Shown: positions 59,050 to 64,000 of the stretch, one piece after another | How positions within the stretch are numbered: position 1 is the first letter of the stretch | Layout of the letters: each line of letters opens with the position of its first letter | Source of the DNA: an uncultured Planctomycetaceae bacterium | GTDB taxonomy: Bacteria; Planctomycetota; Planctomycetia; Isosphaerales; Isosphaeraceae | Direction: 5' to 3' | Assembly (NCBI GenBank): GCA_963833985.1 | Contig: CAWIAD010000002.1 | Coordinates: 5,856,001 to 5,920,000, forward strand | Length of the DNA stretch: 64,000 nt | Program-made: the position numbers and the translations under genes | Notes under the pieces: model-generated | Told to the model about the DNA's origin: nothing | What the model saw: the letters and a program-made list of their open reading frames with translations, nothing else | Database searches by the model: none

Positions 59050-61293
59050 CCTACTTTCCGCACATCTCGCCTTGACTATCTCCTAATTTCCGTGTGCCGT
59101 CTTTCGGCCAGTCAGGCTCAAATCTCGTAGGCTTTGGGTATCCCCAGCAGTGGCAGGATCCTCTTCTGGAGCCGAGTTAACTCTGTGCTGAAGACCTCAA
59201 GAGGGCGTTTCCCAGCCTTCAGGGAATGCTCTTGAACGTCCTCGTACAGGTCGATCACTTTTCGAGCCGTCGGGCGTCGGCAGGCCCGACCTTCGGAATA
59301 CAGTGGCAGACTCTCGATTCCCGCTCGTTCCATCGCGCGGCGGAGTTCTCGCTCCAACAGCGCCTCGACCAGCAACACGAAGAAGTACACGCAGAGCAAG
59401 GCCTGAATCCGACTTACCTCCTTCAGGTACATAGGCGCTACCACGAAGTCAGTCTTCAGGTGCTCGAACCGTCGTTCGATGGCCGGTTGCTGTTTGTAGG
59501 CCAAGAGCAGATCCTGCTCCGTCATCTTCGATTCGTTGCTCACCAGCGGGAAAATGCCATCACAGCGGGCCTCCTCATCCAGTCGCTCCAACTCAATCCG
59601 ATGCTTCAACGAGTAACGGAGCTTCTCCTCTCGGACGTACCGCGTGTCCTGTCCAGGCCGGCCGCGTCGCTCCTGGCGGAACTTTTCGGTGACCTGCTCC
59701 TCGATCTCGACCGAGATCCACTCGGTGACCTCACAGTCCCGGAGCAGCTCCTCGACCGCCTCGGCGACCTTGGCTCGACTGCGGTACCGGGTTCGGGACG
59801 AGGCGAGCTTGGCACGCAGTTCGTCCAGTCGTTTCAACGCCTTCTCCAGCCGGGTCAGCCGTACCTCCGCATCCAACTCGGCCTTGCGTGTGCTGTGATA
59901 CCAGATCAGCCGGTAACCCTCGGTGGTCTGGCTCGCAGGTTTGCAGATCGAGAAGCGGTCGGTCAACTGTCCCTTGTCGTCGTACTTGTCGTGGGTCCAT
60001 CGCCACTGGATCTCTCCCCGGAGTACGGCGCCGCGGAAGGCACCGTCCTCACTGCGAGTTCGCGGCAGCACGCTGAGGAACCGACCGCCGCGCTGATGCA
60101 GATAGGCCATGTTCTCGGTGGTGGCCAGCTTGCAGTCGGCGATGTAGAGAAAGTCTCGGCGTCCGGTCAGTTGACAGAGCAACTCCCAGGTCTCCTGGTG
60201 AGAGCGGTCGTCGGTGGCGTTGCCGCTCTCGACGCGAAAGTGCACCGGGACGGCACCGTCGCCGGTCACGGTGAGGATGTAGAGTAGCTGCTTGAGGTCG
60301 GGGCGGTGGTCTTTGTTATGACCCCAGGTCACCGCCAACCGCAATTGTCCCCGCAGGGTTCGCTCCGCCTCCGCCGACTCGTAGTCACCGTGGAAAGTGA
60401 TGGTGGTCGAGTCGTTGTGTAACTGGTCGAGGCTGACGTCGAATTCGCGTACGGCATGGGCCGCGACCTTCAGGGCCAACCCCGAGAGATTGGCGTCGAA
60501 GAGACGGTCGAGGGCCCGGCCAACTCGATCGTCGTTCATTGCGGCGACTTGGACATCGGACAACCCGAACAGTTTCGGCTCATGGCGGGCCACCCACTCA
60601 CCGACACCATAGAGTGGCTCACGCGAGATCAGCAGGTTGCGCAGCAGGACGAGCAAGGCCGTGGCCGTGGGGACCCGAGTGCGGCCGTCCTCATGGGGCA
60701 GGTGGTCGCAGAGAAACTCGCGAAGGCGGAGCCGACTCAGGAAGTGTTCCAGGATGGGCACGGCGGCAATCCGCCGCGTGTTGAGCGTGCGCGTGCGTCC
60801 CTTCGAGCGGGCCGTCTCGCCGGGTTGGCGCGGTCGTTGAGGTTCGTTCATGCGGATCATCTCCGGAGGGTTTGCAGCGAGTTGGCCGGTGTCCGCCGCC
60901 GGGCCTTCCAGGGCCGTGAGGGGAGCAGGCCGACCGCCGCAGGGCTTGCCGCAATGATGGCGGAGGAGATCGGGACGTCAAGGACAAAAAATCTTGTGAT
61001 TCACTTATGACAATTTGCCTTGACGTAAGTTGTGAGCCGCTCAACTTACGCTCATAGCCCGTGTCACAAGTCGTCGCGGCGAGAATCGCGGCGCGCGGCT
61101 GGACATTGCCAAGTCATAAGACAAGGCGAAGAATGGCTCGAGTTCAGGAACGGTCCGGTTGGCGAACCATCTGAACCGAACAAGGTCCCCGTGCCGATCG
61201 ACTTGTAGATGTTTACCGACCCTGGGGCCGCGTCTGAGAAGATGGCCTCAGGTCGAATTCGGGGAAATCAAAGGGAGATGTGCGGAAAGTAGG
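59050..61293 (-). mobile_element. IS1634-family insertion sequence, copy 2 (2244 bp, inverted)
   Basis: Same 19-bp TIRs; about ten substitutions vs copy 1 by eye, mostly near the 3' end; no TSD. Confidence 0.92.
59118..60860 (-). CDS. IS1634-family transposase
   Basis: 580 aa, matches copy 1 except ILRLLG->ILPLLG. Confidence 0.93.
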   Translation of the reverse strand: MIRMNEPQRPRQPGETARSKGRTRTLNTRRIAAVPILEHFLSRLRLREFLCDHLPHEDGRTRVPTATALLVLLRNLLISREPLYGVGEWVARHEPKLFGLSDVQVAAMNDDRVGRALDRLFDANLSGLALKVAAHAVREFDVSLDQLHNDSTTITFHGDYESAEAERTLRGQLRLAVTWGHNKDHRPDLKQLLYILTVTGDGAVPVHFRVESGNATDDRSHQETWELLCQLTGRRDFLYIADCKLATTENMAYLHQRGGRFLSVLPRTRSEDGAFRGAVLRGEIQWRWTHDKYDDKGQLTDRFSICKPASQTTEGYRLIWYHSTRKAELDAEVRLTRLEKALKRLDELRAKLASSRTRYRSRAKVAEAVEELLRDCEVTEWISVEIEEQVTEKFRQERRGRPGQDTRYVREEKLRYSLKHRIELERLDEEARCDGIFPLVSNESKMTEQDLLLAYKQQPAIERRFEHLKTDFVVAPMYLKEVSRIQALLCVYFFVLLVEALLERELRRAMERAGIESLPLYSEGRACRRPTARKVIDLYEDVQEHSLKAGKRPLEVFSTELTRLQKRILPLLGIPKAYEI

Positions 61294-61619
61294 TTGTAAC
61301 GCCGGAGAATGGCGAATTTTCGGCCCCTGCTCATCGCGGGCAGTTCTCGTTGCGTTGCATTACTGAAGTCTGACGTCTCAGCAGAAGAGTCGCTCATCGA
61401 ACTCGAGTAACTCTCCTTTTGGCATCGACAGTCGAAATTCCGAGTTTGCCTTCTCAATCCGGTCGCGAACAGAGCGGCTGACGAGATTGGCGATAACTAC
61501 TCATCCAGGCAGACTGATCGTCGTCCACTGGATGATGATGTTCAGCTATCCGCTCGTGTGGCAGGGCGAGGACGCTGTGCGCGACAAGTGACAAGCAGTT
61601 CAGAACTTGCCGCGAGCCG

Positions 61620-62030
61620 CTCGTGCGGCCGGCGCAGGGGTGAGTACGGCAGAACCTGACAGCCGTCTCACCTTTGGCGGCGGCCGAAATGGTGGCCATG
61701 GGCGGCACCTTCGCCGTGCTCGCTCTGAAGACCCAGACCAACGCCGAGCTGAAAGCTGCCGATGCCGATCTGACCTGGTCGCAGGCCACCGTCCTGGCTC
61801 AGGACAACTCATCCCTCGACACAATCAAGACGTTCCACACCAGCGTAGGCGGGAAACCCAGCGGAACGAGCCGCAGTCCAAGGGCTTCGCGATCGGCTGC
61901 TGAAGTCGGCGTCGAACTTTACCGCAAGCTCGGGCCCTTGCTCGGGAAGGAGACCGACCTGGGGTCGCGGCGAGCGCTAGCGCAGGCGGGCTTCGAGGTG
62001 GCCGAGCGTCAAACTAGGACGGCTGGAAGA
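61620..62030 (+). pseudogene. Degraded fragment resembling the TM/TPR part of a planctomycete Ser/Thr kinase
   Basis: AAA...GGTFAVLALKTQTNAELKAA and YRKLGPLLGKETDLGSRRALAQAGFEVAE segments; no kinase core, no clear start. Confidence 0.35.
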
Positions 62031-62509
62031 AGGCACTGGCGGCCGAGCCGGGCGGGTGCCGTGATGACGGTGCTTGGGTTATTCCGCTGCCCAATCTGGA
62101 ATAATGTTATTCCAAACTCCACCGTTCAGAATCAGATCCAGGTTCGACGCGGGGTTCGATCAGGTGGGAACGAGCAACCTTGGGAGCTTCCTGGCGGCCA
62201 CAGCCCCGGGGGGTGACGTTCGCGGCGCCGGGAGCGCGGGGGGCAGAACAAGTTCGGCGCAGGCCCAGTGAACTGGCGGGGCAAGCGCGAGACGGCGTGC
62301 CCGGGCCGTCCGAGCGTCCATTACTGTTGCCCGGGACAGCCCAGCCAGCCGAATCCGAAGACAGCGGGATCTTCTGGCCCCACGAGCCGGGTCGTTCCAT
62401 CGGTCGGCCGGCCCGATCCCTGGGTCTGCTGGAAACCGCAACCGAGAAGCAGGCTCGCGCCCGCGATGCGCAGGATTGCCTGCAAGGCGGCCCCGCGCAC
62501 CGACCACGC

Positions 62510-62836
62510 CTCGTAGGATCGCGTCCGGGCGAGGTTCTTCCCCCACCGGGAGCTCACCTTGGCTAACTCGAACGCGGGGCCAACCTGGGTCCCATCCGGG
62601 TAGCCCTGGCGGAGAGTCGTGCCATCGCGGCTGAATGCTGGCCAGTTGATCTGTACTCTGTTCTCGGTGGGGTCGCGCCGGCCGGTGACGTTCAGCCGGT
62701 AGCGGTGTGGCGGCCGCTCGTCTCGCTTGTTGTGGGAACGCGTTACGAAACGCCCGTCGCGGTGCTCGGTCCAGTTGTAGGTCACATCGAAGGGCGCGAA
62801 CGCCGCGTTTGGCGGCATGCAGCCGACCCTCCGCAA
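62510..62836 (-). pseudogene. Probable fragment of a larger hypothetical secreted protein
   Basis: Protein-like FDVTYNWTEHR..VTRSH..YRLNVTGRRDPT...WGKNLA segment; flanking frames are interrupted. Confidence 0.3.
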
Positions 62837-63073
62837 ATAGGGAAAGCGAATTGTCAGTTCGCGTTGCTGGCCAGCTTACCCCGGAGTTTTGTCATTGCCG
62901 TACGCCTCCGGAATTGAAATCACGGTAGTTCAACCTCGGACTCCCGACACCAGATCGTCCGTCCGCAAACGTAGGCTGCTGGCCTGCTAGCTCGATCCCG
63001 GCCAGTCCAGCCTCGCAGAGGACCGACACGATACCCTGAGGAACTGCAGCGTCACACGCTATTGCCTAGCGCA

Positions 63074-63394
63074 CTAAAGACCGAGTTGGTCGAGGAGCCG
63101 TTCGGTCTCAGCCTCACTGCGCTGTGCGTACTGCCTGGGATTCTCCCTGGAAGCTATGTCGCCGTGGGACGGAGACTGGAGGTTCGACAGCCGCTCGAAA
63201 AACCTTTGCAACGCTTCCCTGGAGGTGCACTTGGTGCCCCCGAGCTGAAGTGTTTCGAGTATCACGCCTCGGCAGCCGACCGCTGCCCAGCGGTAAAGAG
63301 TTGCCGTGTGAACCCGCTTTCCGGATCTCCGTCGCGGCATTCTTCGGGGTGCCTGGCTGAGCGGGAACATCCGTTCCTTCGTGAAGTCAATCAT
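63074..63394 (-). CDS. DUF1580-family HTH (excisionase-like) protein
   Basis: MID...E..FPLSQA...P.RR.GK.VH.ATLYRW...G.RGV.LET..LGG...TS.EAL.RF; start set to ATG 63394. Confidence 0.85.
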   Translation of the reverse strand: MIDFTKERMFPLSQAPRRMPRRRSGKRVHTATLYRWAAVGCRGVILETLQLGGTKCTSREALQRFFERLSNLQSPSHGDIASRENPRQYAQRSEAETERLLDQLGL

Positions 63395-64000
63395 CTGCGA
63401 CCTCTTGCTATGGGACGACACACCGTGTGTCGGCGTGAAGTATGGCGCGAGGCCGCACTTTGGGGCCAACGGTTTGTCTGATCTTATTGCCAGCAGCCTT
63501 GCTTCAGTTGGGACCAGGCGACTGGCAGCTCTATATCGGCACCTGCGCAGGTCGTGATCGAGTCGGGAGTCGTGTGAGGGGCGGGGGTCTCGGTTTCATA
63601 GATGGTCGCGAGGTGACGAGAGGCGGTCGCTGGTACCGTGCGCTCGAGTCACACTGCAACATTGTTTCGACCGGGTAATCATGAGCGACTACTTACCACC
63701 TGCTCCTCTCTCCTTCTTTTGGATGATTTCGGGGATCAGGGGCCGGGGATGTCTTGGCGGGACAACCGGGCAATCGCCAAGTAACCGCGGCGGTTTCTGC
63801 CGCTGGTGATCAGGCCTTCCCATGACCGAGGCACCACCGTGCACTGCCCGGTTGATGCCACTTGGGCCAACCAGAGGCTGCTGAGATTGTCATTTGCCGC
63901 TCAGCCCCGCTACTCCCCTTGAATTTACTTTCTTGCTTTGGATGGCAATGCAATTCTTTATCCGATCGAACGCATGATCTCGACTCCCCGGCTTCGATCT

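Noticed and set aside
19168..61300. Target-site duplication for a 42-kb IS1634 composite transposon
   Set aside because: Outer flanks (GTTCAA, TTGTAA) and inner flanks (TTCCAG, TTCGAC) match in no direct or inverted pairing, so a single transposition event is not demonstrated.

Overview
GC-rich DNA with planctomycete hallmarks (DUF1559 pilin-like gene, DUF1580, LExRxLL-type secreted protein, ECF sigma/Ser-Thr kinase pairs); the taxon is inferred from these families only. 1-8.8 kb holds ordinary secreted, redox and signalling genes. From 9.4 kb onward the window is accessory DNA. It contains a large-serine-recombinase element with 20-bp terminal inverted repeats (TIRs), two direct-repeat 3' halves of tRNA-Ala(CGC) that look like att scars, IS701, IS630, IS3 and IS21 copies or remnants, and two inverted IS1634 copies. 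It also contains a 4.2-kb TG...CA transposon encoding a Cys-rich protein, a Mu/rve DDE transposase, an ExeA/TnsC-like ATPase and a RepA/RecA-like AAA protein. These elements bracket a ~28-kb co-oriented (minus-strand) glycan cluster: NHL/Ig surface protein, GH-A+GT2 fusion, four paralogous GT-B-like proteins, pilin-like gene, ABC exporter, a giant sulfotransferase-coiled-coil-GT2-GT2 protein and its paralog, two methyltransferases, a kinase and a YdjC deacetylase. At least seven genes carry 1-2 nt frameshifts (decay or sequencing error). All family calls come from motif recognition, not database searches.
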